Both the position numbers and the translations under genes were made by a program. Shown one piece after another: positions 1-9,319 of a stretch of DNA of 64,000 nucleotides (its first letter is position 1; the number at the start of each line of letters is the position of its first letter). The notes beneath the pieces are model-generated. The model saw only the letters and a program-made list of their open reading frames with translations. It was not told the DNA's origin and did no database searches. The stretch lies in contig PCWN01000007.1 in the NCBI GenBank assembly GCA_002787355.1, positions 315,552 to 379,551 on the forward strand, in the 5' to 3' direction. Source of the stretch: Candidatus Magasanikbacteria bacterium CG11_big_fil_rev_8_21_14_0_20_39_34. Its GTDB lineage: Bacteria > Patescibacteriota > Patescibacteriia > Magasanikbacterales > UBA922.

Positions 1-93
1 TTTCGCACTTTCTTCCCTCTTTTCATGTTTCCAAAGCAGCCGCAAAATACCACAAAAACGCCCTTTTGTCAAGATGTGTACCTAATAAAAAAT

Positions 94-936
94 ATGCAAA
101 ATGAAAATAATGTAAAGAAGTCAGAACACCCTTCCCTTTTGGCAAAAGAAATCATTCCTATTGCACAACAAGCGGGAGAAATTTTGAGACACTTTTTTAA
201 AAAAGATTTTTCTTTAGAATTAAAAAACAATGATACTTTTGATCCAGTTACTTCTGCAGACAAGCAATCCGACGCCTTGATGAGAAAGTTACTTCATGAA
301 AAATTTCCTGATGATCTGATTCTGTCTGAAGAAAATGAAAATATTCCCACAGACTACACCAAACGAATCTGGATGGTAGATCCCCTGGACGGCACAAAGG
401 ATTTTATAAAAGGAAAAGATGGATTTGCCATCCATATTGGTCTTTTTTCCAATAATGAAATTCTTTTTGGGCTTGTCTATGCACCAATACAAAATAAGCT
501 TTTTTGGGCAGAAAAAGGAAAAGGCGCTTATATGCAACAAGAAGATGACTTCCAAAAAATACAGGTAAGTCCTATAACTTCCCTCTTGGAATCAAGAGTA
601 ATTACCAGAAGTCCGGGATCAGATGCAAGAGCGCTTGACGAAGTGGTTTTACAACTTAAATGTCGTGAGTATATTCATGATAGTGCTCTCAAAGTACCTA
701 AAATTGCCTGTGGTCAAGCAGAAGCACACATCAACACAAACTTTCGTGCAAGCAAGTGGGACACTTTGGCACCACAAATTATTCTTGAAGAGGCAGGAGG
801 AATAATGACCGACCTCGATGGCAATCTACTTGACTATACTCAAAAGGAACTTCGCTGGGAACGTTCCTATATTGCTACAAGCAATAAAGAAATACATAAT
901 GAAGTTTTACAAGCAATAAAAAAACACCTTCCTTAG
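94..936 (+). CDS. cysQ: Inositol monophosphatase family / CysQ-like 3'(2'),5'-bisphosphate nucleotidase
   Basis: Motifs PVTSAD, ILSEE, WMVDPLDGTKDF, WDTLAPQIILEEAGG; start moved to ATG 94. Confidence 0.85.
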   Translation: MQNENNVKKSEHPSLLAKEIIPIAQQAGEILRHFFKKDFSLELKNNDTFDPVTSADKQSDALMRKLLHEKFPDDLILSEENENIPTDYTKRIWMVDPLDGTKDFIKGKDGFAIHIGLFSNNEILFGLVYAPIQNKLFWAEKGKGAYMQQEDDFQKIQVSPITSLLESRVITRSPGSDARALDEVVLQLKCREYIHDSALKVPKIACGQAEAHINTNFRASKWDTLAPQIILEEAGGIMTDLDGNLLDYTQKELRWERSYIATSNKEIHNEVLQAIKKHLP

Positions 937-1013
937 GTGTGTTGTTTGGTCGCCCATGTTTGGTGGGTATACAATGGGAAAAGCACAGGCGACGCCTGGG
1001 TAATAGAGGTGAG

Positions 1014-1310
1014 TTAGACCAACAGAGCCCAGTCTACTACTGCAAAGAGCTGCCTTGGGTCAGAGCGATCCCCACACAAGGCAGAAAAGACTGGGAAGAG
1101 ATGTAGGAGGATACCTGGCCGATTGCGCAGGGCACCTTGGAAAAGTTGCTCCACGAGTGCAACCCGCAAGGCGGCGGCAGACCCTTCAGTGTCCAGCTCA
1201 CTCCCCAATGCGGCCCTTTGCAGCTCAACTTGAATTTGTGCGCGCCTTTGGGCGGTACACTCCAAGTCCCTTGCCTCTTGAAGGAGTCCCCAAATAGTCC
1301 GTTGCTGCAC
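1014..1310 (-). CDS. Hypothetical helical protein in GC-rich islet
   Basis: About 60% GC in a sampled line; AAGGAG (1316-1321) lies 5 nt before the GTG at 1310; no family recognised. Confidence 0.6.
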   Translation of the reverse strand: MQQRTIWGLLQEARDLECTAQRRAQIQVELQRAALGSELDTEGSAAALRVALVEQLFQGALRNRPGILLHLFPVFSALCGDRSDPRQLFAVVDWALLV

Positions 1311-1478
1311 AACCACTCCTTACCGGAAGTCCAGATCTCACTGGTTCTATATTCTACACGAAAGCCCCTCTATTGAAAAGCCCCCTTGTTTACAAAGTTT
1401 TTATTAAAAACTATAATGAAATAATAACAATTTTTTTACGCATAAAATAACTTCATAATTTAACTACTCCAAAATATC

Positions 1479-2270
1479 ATGTCAGAACAGCCTTTCTTTC
1501 AAGGAGAACAGCTTCTACAGGAAATGAATAAAACCCCCGGTGAGTGGAAGGTTTTTCTTAACCCCATTGCAGACGGACAAGAAACAAAAACAAGAGTTTA
1601 TATTACACACAAAACCCCAATTGCAGGAGGTGAGAATGAAAGTCGTGGAGCGTATGGCATTGTCTATTCAGTTGATGTTCAACTCGAAGGAAGTGAAAAA
1701 ACGTATCCTTTTGCACTTAAAGAATTTCATGATTACAAAAAAGATGAAACAAAAAATGCACTTGAAAACCATAGACGTGCTAAACATGCTGGTCTAAAAG
1801 TTTGGAATACCTATAGAATAAGTGAGGATGGAAGCAGCATACTCATGTCTACCGGAGATGTAAAAGGTTGGGAAATATTAGGTCAAAAAACAATACTTTC
1901 CAAAGAAAAACGTGAAACAACTCTCCCATTTGAAAATTTTCAAAACTTTCTTTCTGAATACTACTCCCAGGCGCAAAAAGCTGCAGAACATAATATTGCA
2001 ATTGCAGGTGACGTCCCTTTTTTAAAAATACGAGAACATGAACTGGACTTTGTATTAGGAGATATGGATTTACTGGAACCATCTTCACAGACAAACCAAC
2101 TTACAATCCAAAGACAGAATGTTCAGAACCTGCACTCAACACTGGTATATTTTCTTGAAAAGAATTTTGGAGAACAAGCCCAAATATATATTGACCAGTC
2201 CGAACAATATATCTCTCAAACTTTTTCTGGCCAAACCGTAAAAAAATATGGGGGCGAAGTTGAAAAATAA
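1479..2270 (+). CDS. Protein kinase-like fold protein
   Basis: RGAYGIVY Gly-loop, FALKEF beta3 Lys, IAGD catalytic-loop-like and LGDMD DFG-like motifs in the expected order. Confidence 0.55.
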   Translation: MSEQPFFQGEQLLQEMNKTPGEWKVFLNPIADGQETKTRVYITHKTPIAGGENESRGAYGIVYSVDVQLEGSEKTYPFALKEFHDYKKDETKNALENHRRAKHAGLKVWNTYRISEDGSSILMSTGDVKGWEILGQKTILSKEKRETTLPFENFQNFLSEYYSQAQKAAEHNIAIAGDVPFLKIREHELDFVLGDMDLLEPSSQTNQLTIQRQNVQNLHSTLVYFLEKNFGEQAQIYIDQSEQYISQTFSGQTVKKYGGEVEK

Positions 2271-2289
2271 TGTATAACATCACATCCTT

Positions 2290-2706
2290 ATGAACATGCA
2301 GGTCTCCCCTATTACGCAAGAAGACAAAAATTTTATTGAAGTTGGAATGGAAATGGCAAATGAGATTGTATATCATTACATACCAAGTTGGAGCGGCGGT
2401 GAAATAACGCACTTGCTTCTCGATCAGGTTTTTGCAGCATGGCTCAAAGAACAGACAGCCTATGAACCAAATATGATTGTCAATTCTCTGGGCATAGCAC
2501 TTGGTGAATACATGGTTGCTCAGCTTGGTATGAACTGGGTCATCGTGAACGACCAGTATGGCACTGCTATGGCTGTACGACATGAAAATCCTGAATGGAC
2601 AACTTTTCCTTTTGATGCTATACAAAAACGTATACAATCAAAGGAAGTTCCTTTTTTTGCTTTCCTTTTTGGGGATGCAGAAAAATGTATTCACAATAAT
2701 AACTAA
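2290..2706 (+). CDS. DUF3806-like protein
   Basis: LGIALGE..QLGMNWVIVNDQYGTAMAV pattern. Confidence 0.7.
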   Translation: MNMQVSPITQEDKNFIEVGMEMANEIVYHYIPSWSGGEITHLLLDQVFAAWLKEQTAYEPNMIVNSLGIALGEYMVAQLGMNWVIVNDQYGTAMAVRHENPEWTTFPFDAIQKRIQSKEVPFFAFLFGDAEKCIHNNN

Positions 2707-2710
2707 CCTT

Positions 2711-3166
2711 ATGAATGATCTCTTCGTTTTTTTAGAATCACAAAAACTGATCACACTCTCACCAAAAAGTAGTGAACCTTGGATTGCAAACGCATTTTAT
2801 GGAGTTACTCCGGATTGTACATTCTATTTTGTCTCCAGTACAGAAACAAAACACAGCCAACAAATCCTTCAAGATGGTACTGTTGCATTTAACATAGCCT
2901 GGTATAATCCAAACAACCATACCGACCGAAAAGCAGTACAAGGTGTTGGAACCTGTATGATAGCAAGCACACAAGAAGAAATTGAACTTGGGGTATCACT
3001 CCATAACTCACGTTTTCCAGAATTTGCAAAACGCATTACAAAGGAATGGATAGAAGATGACGCAAATTCCGGAAAAATATGGATTCTTAAACCAAGTTTC
3101 ATAAAATTTTGGAATGACGAGTTGTACAAGGATGATGAAAGTAAAGAATTTACCTTTGAAAAATAA
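2711..3166 (+). CDS. Pyridoxamine 5'-phosphate oxidase-like FMN-binding split-barrel protein
   Basis: PWIANAFY, YFVSSTETKHSQQI, AVQGVG; ATG 2711 follows the upstream stop. Confidence 0.8.
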   Translation: MNDLFVFLESQKLITLSPKSSEPWIANAFYGVTPDCTFYFVSSTETKHSQQILQDGTVAFNIAWYNPNNHTDRKAVQGVGTCMIASTQEEIELGVSLHNSRFPEFAKRITKEWIEDDANSGKIWILKPSFIKFWNDELYKDDESKEFTFEK

Positions 3167-3189
3167 AATGCCTTTCTCAGGCATTTTTT
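3165..3189. terminator. Bidirectional intrinsic terminator
   Basis: AAAATGCCT-ttctc-AGGCATTTT between convergent genes. Confidence 0.7.
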
Positions 3190-3257
3190 ATTGATGTGAT
3201 TTTCCCTCCGTGAACGCGGTCGGGTAGACATGCACGGAGGATGGGGGGGTGAGTGGT

Positions 3258-3503
3258 TTACACGGTGGTGCGAGTGCGTACTTCCTCGCGGATGCGGATC
3301 ACCTCCGTGATGAACGCATCCACCTGCGCCGGCGTCATCTCATGAAGGGTTTCCCAGAAGCGTACGATCACACCAATCTGGTTGTCGGTCCAGTTGGTGT
3401 TCATCTCGCAGGTTTTGAGGACCACACCATCCGGACCAATCAGCCGCACCTGGAATGCGACCGGTTGGTGGATGAAGTAGGTTACCCCCAGCTTCTCATC
3501 CAT
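3258..3503 (-). CDS. Hypothetical 81-aa protein in GC-rich islet
   Basis: About 58% GC in a sampled line, GC-ending codons, GGGAG 7 nt before ATG. Confidence 0.65.
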   Translation of the reverse strand: MDEKLGVTYFIHQPVAFQVRLIGPDGVVLKTCEMNTNWTDNQIGVIVRFWETLHEMTPAQVDAFITEVIRIREEVRTRTTV

Positions 3504-3532
3504 TATCGTTCTCCCGAGGCTAGACTTTCACT

Positions 3533-3562
3533 AGCCTATCACGCGGTATTTTATATTGTCAA
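3533..3562 (-). promoter_or_regulatory. sigma70-like promoter of the islet gene
   Basis: TTGACA-18-TAGGCT with extended -10 TG; AGGCTAG/CTAGCCT inverted repeat overlaps the -10. Confidence 0.55.
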
Positions 3563-3567
3563 ATAAA

Positions 3568-3601
3568 AAAGGTGCTTATAAGTTTACTTATAAGCACCTT
3601 T
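3568..3601. repeat. Perfect 16-bp inverted repeat
   Basis: AAAGGTGCTTATAAGT-tt-ACTTATAAGCACCTTT. Confidence 0.9.
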
Positions 3602-3709
3602 CAAAAATTTTATTTTTTGTCAATCTTTCTTTCCTCTTCCCTTGAGTATATAGAGATAGGGTGTTACAATACAGATAGGTCCTGGTACCCTTTCTTTTGT
3701 GTGAGCATT

Positions 3710-4669
3710 ATGAACAAAATTGTAGAATCCTGCTCCTATGTAGCAGAACACTCTTCCTTTATACAGATAGACTTACAAAAAATTGATGCGTTTTGTGATT
3801 CCTTTGCCCAAATACCGGCAAAACACTGGATTGATGCATCACCTATTGATCTAAAAGCCCTTTCCCCAAGGAACTGTGTTCATTTCCTTTTGGTTTTTAA
3901 CTCCATAAGTTTTTCCTACTGGGGTAATCCAAAATGGAAAATTGATTATCAAGGAAATGAGGTAGATGGTGCCTTTGGGATGCTTTCTGCTCTCAAAAAA
4001 GCCCATGAGAATGGGTTCCCTATTTTGGATCCTCATTATCTTGCTCAAATCTCAGAAAAAGACTTTGAAAAAATTTTGGAAGGAAATGTAGATATCCCCC
4101 TCTTTGAAGAAAGAAGACAAATCCTTCATGAAATTGGAAAAACATTAATTGAAAAATTTGATGGGAACTTTTTCAATGTACTTTCACAGGCAAATCAGAA
4201 TGCCCTTGAACTTCTTGATCTTATTGTAAAGAATTTTCCATCTTTTCATGACTCTTCAGAATACAAAGGAAAAACCATTTATTTTTATAAAAGAGCACAA
4301 CTTCTCGTGGCAGACATTTTTCAAGCCCTCCAAAATGAAGAACCTGGTAAACTTAAAAATATTTCTGAACTTACCGCCTGTGCAGATTATAAACTTCCCA
4401 TGGTATTACGAAGACTTGGTATCTTTTCCTACGAAAAAACACTTGCAGAAAAAATTGATAAAAAAATTGAGCTACAAAAAGATAGTGAAGAAGAAGTAGA
4501 AATTCGTGCCAATACTATATATGCAGTTGAAAAGATAAAAGAAAAGCTTCAAGAAAAAATACCTGGAAAATATTTATCTCTTCTTATCAATGATCATCTC
4601 TGGCTTTTGGGTCAAGAAAAGCACAAAGATGATAAACCCTATCATCTCACCCGGACAACTGCGTACTAA
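3710..4669 (+). CDS. Queuosine salvage N-glycosylase/hydrolase (QNG1/DUF2419 family)
   Basis: FYKRAQLLVAD, LTACADYKLP, EEVEIRA, NDHLW and C-terminal HLTRTTAY. Confidence 0.9.
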   Translation: MNKIVESCSYVAEHSSFIQIDLQKIDAFCDSFAQIPAKHWIDASPIDLKALSPRNCVHFLLVFNSISFSYWGNPKWKIDYQGNEVDGAFGMLSALKKAHENGFPILDPHYLAQISEKDFEKILEGNVDIPLFEERRQILHEIGKTLIEKFDGNFFNVLSQANQNALELLDLIVKNFPSFHDSSEYKGKTIYFYKRAQLLVADIFQALQNEEPGKLKNISELTACADYKLPMVLRRLGIFSYEKTLAEKIDKKIELQKDSEEEVEIRANTIYAVEKIKEKLQEKIPGKYLSLLINDHLWLLGQEKHKDDKPYHLTRTTAY

Positions 4670-4680
4670 AGGTCTCCTTT

Positions 4681-6066
4681 ATGAATCACGGAAAATCCAT
4701 ACAATTAAAACGAAATTCCAAAAAATTATTTTTCCTGATTCATGGATACACCGGAAGTCCAACAGATTTCAATGAACTTCCTGATTACCTCTCCACACAC
4801 CATGATGCAGATATTGAAATTATGCTTTTGCACGGTCATGGGACTAGGATTGAAGACCTAGATGCTTTACGGTTTCAAAACTTTTTGGATCAGGTAGAAG
4901 GAGGGCTACAAAAAAAACTGCAAGAATACGATCAAATTATCCTTGGGGGTGTTTCTTTTGGAGCGCAACTCGCCCTTATACTTGCATCTCGATACCCAGT
5001 ACAAGGTGTGTTTCATGTCTGTATTCCCTATCAACTTCGGTTCCCCTTTAACCTTTCCTTGCTGAGTTTAGTTGGATATTTTAAAAAATATTGGCCAAAA
5101 TCTATACCAAAAGATGAGAAAAAGCTTCGAGAAAAGGCATTTCACTACAAAGCAATGCATATCAATGGACTCCGTATTGTTCATGAGGCAAACCAAGAAA
5201 TAGAAAAATCTCTTGAAAATATCCGTTGCCCCGTTATTACGGTCCACTCCAGTAATGATCCCCTAAGCGACTATAAGGCTATTCACTCTCTTGAAGATCG
5301 CCTTCGTGTTCCCTATCAAAAAGAAATTCTTCACGACAAAAACCATAATATCTTTTTCTCGGAAAGCCGTTTTGAAGTCTATAAAATTATTCTCAATTTT
5401 TTTCAAAAAAACATTCAGACAAGAGAAAAAGATACTGTAGCCGCGATTGTCCCCGCCTACAACGAAGCCAAGCGTATTTCTTCTGTACTTACGGCACTTT
5501 CACAAACAAAAATTCTTGATGAAATCATTGTGGTAGACGATGGATCACATGACAATACTGAAGAAGTAGTATCCCATTTTCCATCCGTAAAATTTTTGAA
5601 AAATCAAAAGAACATAGGAAAAGCAGAATCTCTTCAGAGAGGCGTCGACTCCACTCAAGCGAATGTTCTCTTTTTTTGTGATGCCGACCTTCAAAACATT
5701 ACTCCGGAAATTATTACAGAGATTATCTCTCCCGTTCTGACACATGCATATGATATGTTTATAGGAATCCGAGACAATATTATGCAAAAAAGTGTTCCTC
5801 TTTTTGCAATAAATTCTGGCGAACGAGCACTTAGGCGTGAACTTTGGGAAAAACTTCCAAAATCTTTCAAACACCGGTACCGCATAGAAGCCGGCCTTAA
5901 CTTCATAGCAAAACATAAGGGAAAGGGATTTGGATATAAAAAATTTCCCTACTACCAAACGCTCAAAGAAAAAAAATATGGCTTTTTTAAGGGAACTATG
6001 TTACGATGGTGGATGAATTTTGACGTTGCTACTGCATATTTTTTGGCCCTACTTTTTAAAAAATAG
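4681..6066 (+). CDS. Fusion of alpha/beta-hydrolase (carboxylesterase-like) and GT2 glycosyltransferase
   Basis: N-half HGYTG, GVSFG, NDP, KNHN; C-half IVPAYNE, VVDDGS, FCDAD; one continuous ORF. Confidence 0.85.
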   Translation: MNHGKSIQLKRNSKKLFFLIHGYTGSPTDFNELPDYLSTHHDADIEIMLLHGHGTRIEDLDALRFQNFLDQVEGGLQKKLQEYDQIILGGVSFGAQLALILASRYPVQGVFHVCIPYQLRFPFNLSLLSLVGYFKKYWPKSIPKDEKKLREKAFHYKAMHINGLRIVHEANQEIEKSLENIRCPVITVHSSNDPLSDYKAIHSLEDRLRVPYQKEILHDKNHNIFFSESRFEVYKIILNFFQKNIQTREKDTVAAIVPAYNEAKRISSVLTALSQTKILDEIIVVDDGSHDNTEEVVSHFPSVKFLKNQKNIGKAESLQRGVDSTQANVLFFCDADLQNITPEIITEIISPVLTHAYDMFIGIRDNIMQKSVPLFAINSGERALRRELWEKLPKSFKHRYRIEAGLNFIAKHKGKGFGYKKFPYYQTLKEKKYGFFKGTMLRWWMNFDVATAYFLALLFKK

Positions 6067-6084
6067 TAGCAAGTCTTTTTTATT

Positions 6085-6702
6085 ATGAATTACTTTAACC
6101 ATATTTTGGCTCTTATCCAAAGTTTTTCAATTTTTGGGTATCTTATCATTTTTTTTCTTGCCTTCTTTGAATCATTTGCTTTCATAGGACTCATCATCCC
6201 CGGAAGTGTTGCGGTGATTGTAGGAGGTTTTTTGGTTGCTCAAGGAACACTTGACATTGGAGACCTTTTTTTCTTTGCCACTGCTGGAGCCATTTTGGGC
6301 GATAGTTTTAGTTTTTATATGGGAAAAAAGGGGCTTATTACTTTCAAGGAAGAAAATAAAATATTCAAACCAAGCCTCCTATATAAAGGAGAATTTTTTT
6401 TTAAGAAATATGGTGATAAAAGTGTCTTCATTGGTCGGTTTATTGGTTGGGTCCGCCCCATAGTTCCCTTTATTGCTGGTGTTTTTAATTTGGATAGAAA
6501 AACTTTCCTCCTATGGAATATTTTAAGTGGAATTTTTTGGTCTGCATCTCATATTGCCCTTGGATATTTCTTTGGTCAAGCGTTTCAAACACTTTTCAAG
6601 TGGTCATCACGAATTGGCATCTATACAGGAATTATTGTCGTTGTTTTTTTTCTTCTGTATCTTTTTAAGCTTTTTGTTGTAAAAAAAAGAAAACTTATCT
6701 AA
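6085..6702 (+). CDS. DedA family membrane protein
   Basis: FES..GLIIPG, GAILGD, GRFIGWVRPIVPFIAG. Confidence 0.92.
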   Translation: MNYFNHILALIQSFSIFGYLIIFFLAFFESFAFIGLIIPGSVAVIVGGFLVAQGTLDIGDLFFFATAGAILGDSFSFYMGKKGLITFKEENKIFKPSLLYKGEFFFKKYGDKSVFIGRFIGWVRPIVPFIAGVFNLDRKTFLLWNILSGIFWSASHIALGYFFGQAFQTLFKWSSRIGIYTGIIVVVFFLLYLFKLFVVKKRKLI

Positions 6703-6708
6703 CAAAAT

Positions 6709-6930
6709 ATGAAAAAAACTTGGTTTGAAAAAAGTGGCTGGATATACCCTCCTATATCTTTTGAAGGTACGCTCATGTTTTCTCTCTGTATTCTTTTTTG
6801 CTTTCATATCTTTTTCTTTTTTGACCAAAAGTCTCAGTCTATTTCAGATACACTTTATGCAGTGTTCCCCTACGTTCCCTCAATATTTCTTTTCTATACA
6901 TGGATAACATCAGAAAAAGAAAAAAAATAA
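6709..6930 (+). CDS. Small membrane protein
   Basis: Two hydrophobic segments; 6 nt after dedA. Confidence 0.6.
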   Translation: MKKTWFEKSGWIYPPISFEGTLMFSLCILFCFHIFFFFDQKSQSISDTLYAVFPYVPSIFLFYTWITSEKEKK

Positions 6931-6971
6931 CCTTACTTATTTATTCATTTTTATTTATTTAAAAATATAAT

Positions 6972-7334
6972 ATGGAACTATATTTGCAACCATTTAAAAA
7001 ATATGCCGTTTTTGAAGGACGTGCCAGTCGAGCCGAATACTGGGGCTTTATATTGATAATTTTTATTCTTGCCATAATTATTTTACTGCCAATTTCCCTT
7101 ATGACCGGGGCAGCATATGAAACGGTTGTGAATATCTTTGCAGTATTTCTTTTTCTTCCTTCTCTTGCAGTAACCGTACGAAGACTTCACGATATCAACA
7201 AGAGTGGCTGGTATGTTCTTTTAAACCTTATCCCTTTTATTGGAGGTCTTATTTTGTTTATCTTTGCAGTAAAATCTGGGGATCAAGGTGATAATAAGTA
7301 TGGCCCCTCACCAAAACAAATGACATCAACCTAA
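6972..7334 (+). CDS. DUF805 family membrane protein
   Basis: FEGRASRAEYW, VRRLHDINKSGW, NKYGPSP. Confidence 0.93.
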   Translation: MELYLQPFKKYAVFEGRASRAEYWGFILIIFILAIIILLPISLMTGAAYETVVNIFAVFLFLPSLAVTVRRLHDINKSGWYVLLNLIPFIGGLILFIFAVKSGDQGDNKYGPSPKQMTST

Positions 7335-7347
7335 AAAACACAACCTT

Positions 7348-7371
7348 AACCGCCCTAACGGGCGGTTTTTT
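7348..7371 (+). terminator. Intrinsic terminator
   Basis: AACCGCCC-taac-GGGCGGTT followed by a T-run. Confidence 0.85.
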
Positions 7372-7594
7372 ATTTGCAAGAAAATCCTTTATGGAATTCA
7401 AAGCAAAAATATGTTACGATAGACAAAAATGTATTTTTTATACGCATATTTTATATTGCAACAGAAACATGAAAAATACTCTTTTTATTGAAAAACTCAA
7501 ATGTAAAGACATCATTTTTTTATTTGGTATTAGTTTTCTTTTTTACGATTTTCTTCTCAAAGGCTTAGGAGTTGCAATCCCCGTATAAAAATAT

Positions 7595-8515
7595 ATGAAA
7601 TCAAAAAATATCATTGAAATTACGGATTTCACACAAAAGGAGCTCTCTCATCTTCTCCAACGTACTCTCTATTTTAAGAAACACGAGAAAAAAATATTTT
7701 CCTTTCTCAAGAATAAACGCGTAGGTTTGCTCTTTGACTCTGCTTCTCTGAGAACAAAGCTTACTTTTGAAATTGCTACTCACAAACTTGGTGGGTTCCC
7801 CTACTTTGTCGATATAAATGCCATTACCCATGAAGACGGTATAGCCCGAGAAAGTTATGAAGATATTGTAGATACATTAGATAAATTTGTAGATGTATAT
7901 GTTGTACGAGACTATTCCCAAAATATTCTTAATGTTCTCAAAAGAAAAACCTCCCCACCAATAATAAATGGCTTTTCGATCACCGGGCATCCCAGTCAAG
8001 CTCTTGCAGACCTATCAACTATACTCTACAAGAAAAAGACGCTTGAAACACTTCAAATATGTACTGTATGCCCTTCCAATGGAAGTGGTGTGATGGAATC
8101 TTTCATTTATGGAGTATTAATGCTTGGTGGAAATATTACCATGATAACTCCAACCGGAAAATTTTTGGGAAAAAATAAAAATTTTTTTGATGTCATTAAA
8201 AACCTTTCCGGACAATTGCACATAACAAATAAAGTTGACCCTACCATTTCCACTATGGATGTTCTCTATGTAGATGAATGGTGGTTTCATAGTCCAAAGT
8301 TCCTTCAAAAGAAACCACCCCAAAAATATAGAGTTGATTCAACGTTTTTAAAGAATGCAAAAGAAGACATTATGATCCTTCACTGCCTCCCCGCACATCA
8401 TGATCGTGAAATAAGTCATGAGGTTTTCAATTCTCCCAATTCCGCTGTTTTTGAAGAAGCGGAATTTCGGGTCTACTCCGCCATGGCACTCCTTGAATAC
8501 CTTTCTAAAGGATAA
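7595..8515 (+). CDS. Ornithine carbamoyltransferase-family transcarbamylase (divergent)
   Basis: SLRTKLTFE, HPSQALAD, LHCLPAH. Confidence 0.85.
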   Translation: MKSKNIIEITDFTQKELSHLLQRTLYFKKHEKKIFSFLKNKRVGLLFDSASLRTKLTFEIATHKLGGFPYFVDINAITHEDGIARESYEDIVDTLDKFVDVYVVRDYSQNILNVLKRKTSPPIINGFSITGHPSQALADLSTILYKKKTLETLQICTVCPSNGSGVMESFIYGVLMLGGNITMITPTGKFLGKNKNFFDVIKNLSGQLHITNKVDPTISTMDVLYVDEWWFHSPKFLQKKPPQKYRVDSTFLKNAKEDIMILHCLPAHHDREISHEVFNSPNSAVFEEAEFRVYSAMALLEYLSKG

Positions 8516-8596
8516 ATTGGCAGTATTCCTCTTTTCTGGTATCATAAAAATACCTCTAGCATTAAAGGTACCTTATTCACTTCTTGATATTCCCAT

Positions 8597-9286
8597 ATGA
8601 AAAACATGATCCTTGTCGTGGTACTCATAATACTTGCCATAATTGCTGTGGCCATGGTCCTGCCCCGACAGAAGCAAAAAAAAAATAATCCCCCTTCTCA
8701 ACCTCATTCAAATGAAGAAACTCTTATGCTCGAACCTGTTCCCTCAACAACCCTCAAAGCGACCTTCTCTGGTGGCTGCTTCTGGTGCATGGAACCTGCC
8801 TTTGAAAAAATTGATGGTACGTATAATGTGTTATCTGGATATACTGGAGATAGTAAAGAAACAGCAGAATATTACAAAGTGGGAAGCGGAAAGACACAAC
8901 ATCGTGAATCTATAGAAATGGATTATGATCCTGCCAAAGTTACCTATGACCATCTGGTTGAAGTTTATTTTTGGCAAATTGATCCAACCGATGGCGATGG
9001 ACAGTTTGCAGACCGCGGATATCAGTATTCTCCTGCAATATACTATCATACTGAAGAACAAAGAAAGATTGCGGAAGACTATATTAGAATGCTTGAAGAT
9101 TCTCACAAATTTGATAAACCCATAGCCGTTGAAGTACTTCCAGCGATGCCATTTTACTCTGCAGAAATTTACCATCAGGATTTTTACAAAAAAAATCCAA
9201 CAGAATACAACCGATATAAGAAAGGTTCTGGAAGAGTTGACTATATTGAAAAAACTTGGCCAGAAGGACATCCAGACGGCATGTAA
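8597..9286 (+). CDS. msrA: Peptide-methionine (S)-S-oxide reductase with N-terminal membrane anchor
   Basis: GGCFWCME, SGYTG, AEIYHQDFY. Confidence 0.95.
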   Translation: MKNMILVVVLIILAIIAVAMVLPRQKQKKNNPPSQPHSNEETLMLEPVPSTTLKATFSGGCFWCMEPAFEKIDGTYNVLSGYTGDSKETAEYYKVGSGKTQHRESIEMDYDPAKVTYDHLVEVYFWQIDPTDGDGQFADRGYQYSPAIYYHTEEQRKIAEDYIRMLEDSHKFDKPIAVEVLPAMPFYSAEIYHQDFYKKNPTEYNRYKKGSGRVDYIEKTWPEGHPDGM

Positions 9287-9319
9287 TTTCTCTTACTCCA
9301 TGCGTTTATCCACCAACAT

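Noticed and set aside
1037-1376. Alternative ORFs in islet 1
   Set aside because: No SD and less protein-like composition than 1014-1310
3249-3566. 105-aa plus-strand ORF
   Set aside because: Antisense to the minus ORF that has the SD, promoter and GC3 bias
7391-7588. Small ORF upstream of the transcarbamylase (possible 39-aa peptide from 7469)
   Set aside because: AT-rich, no recognisable motif; cannot be supported
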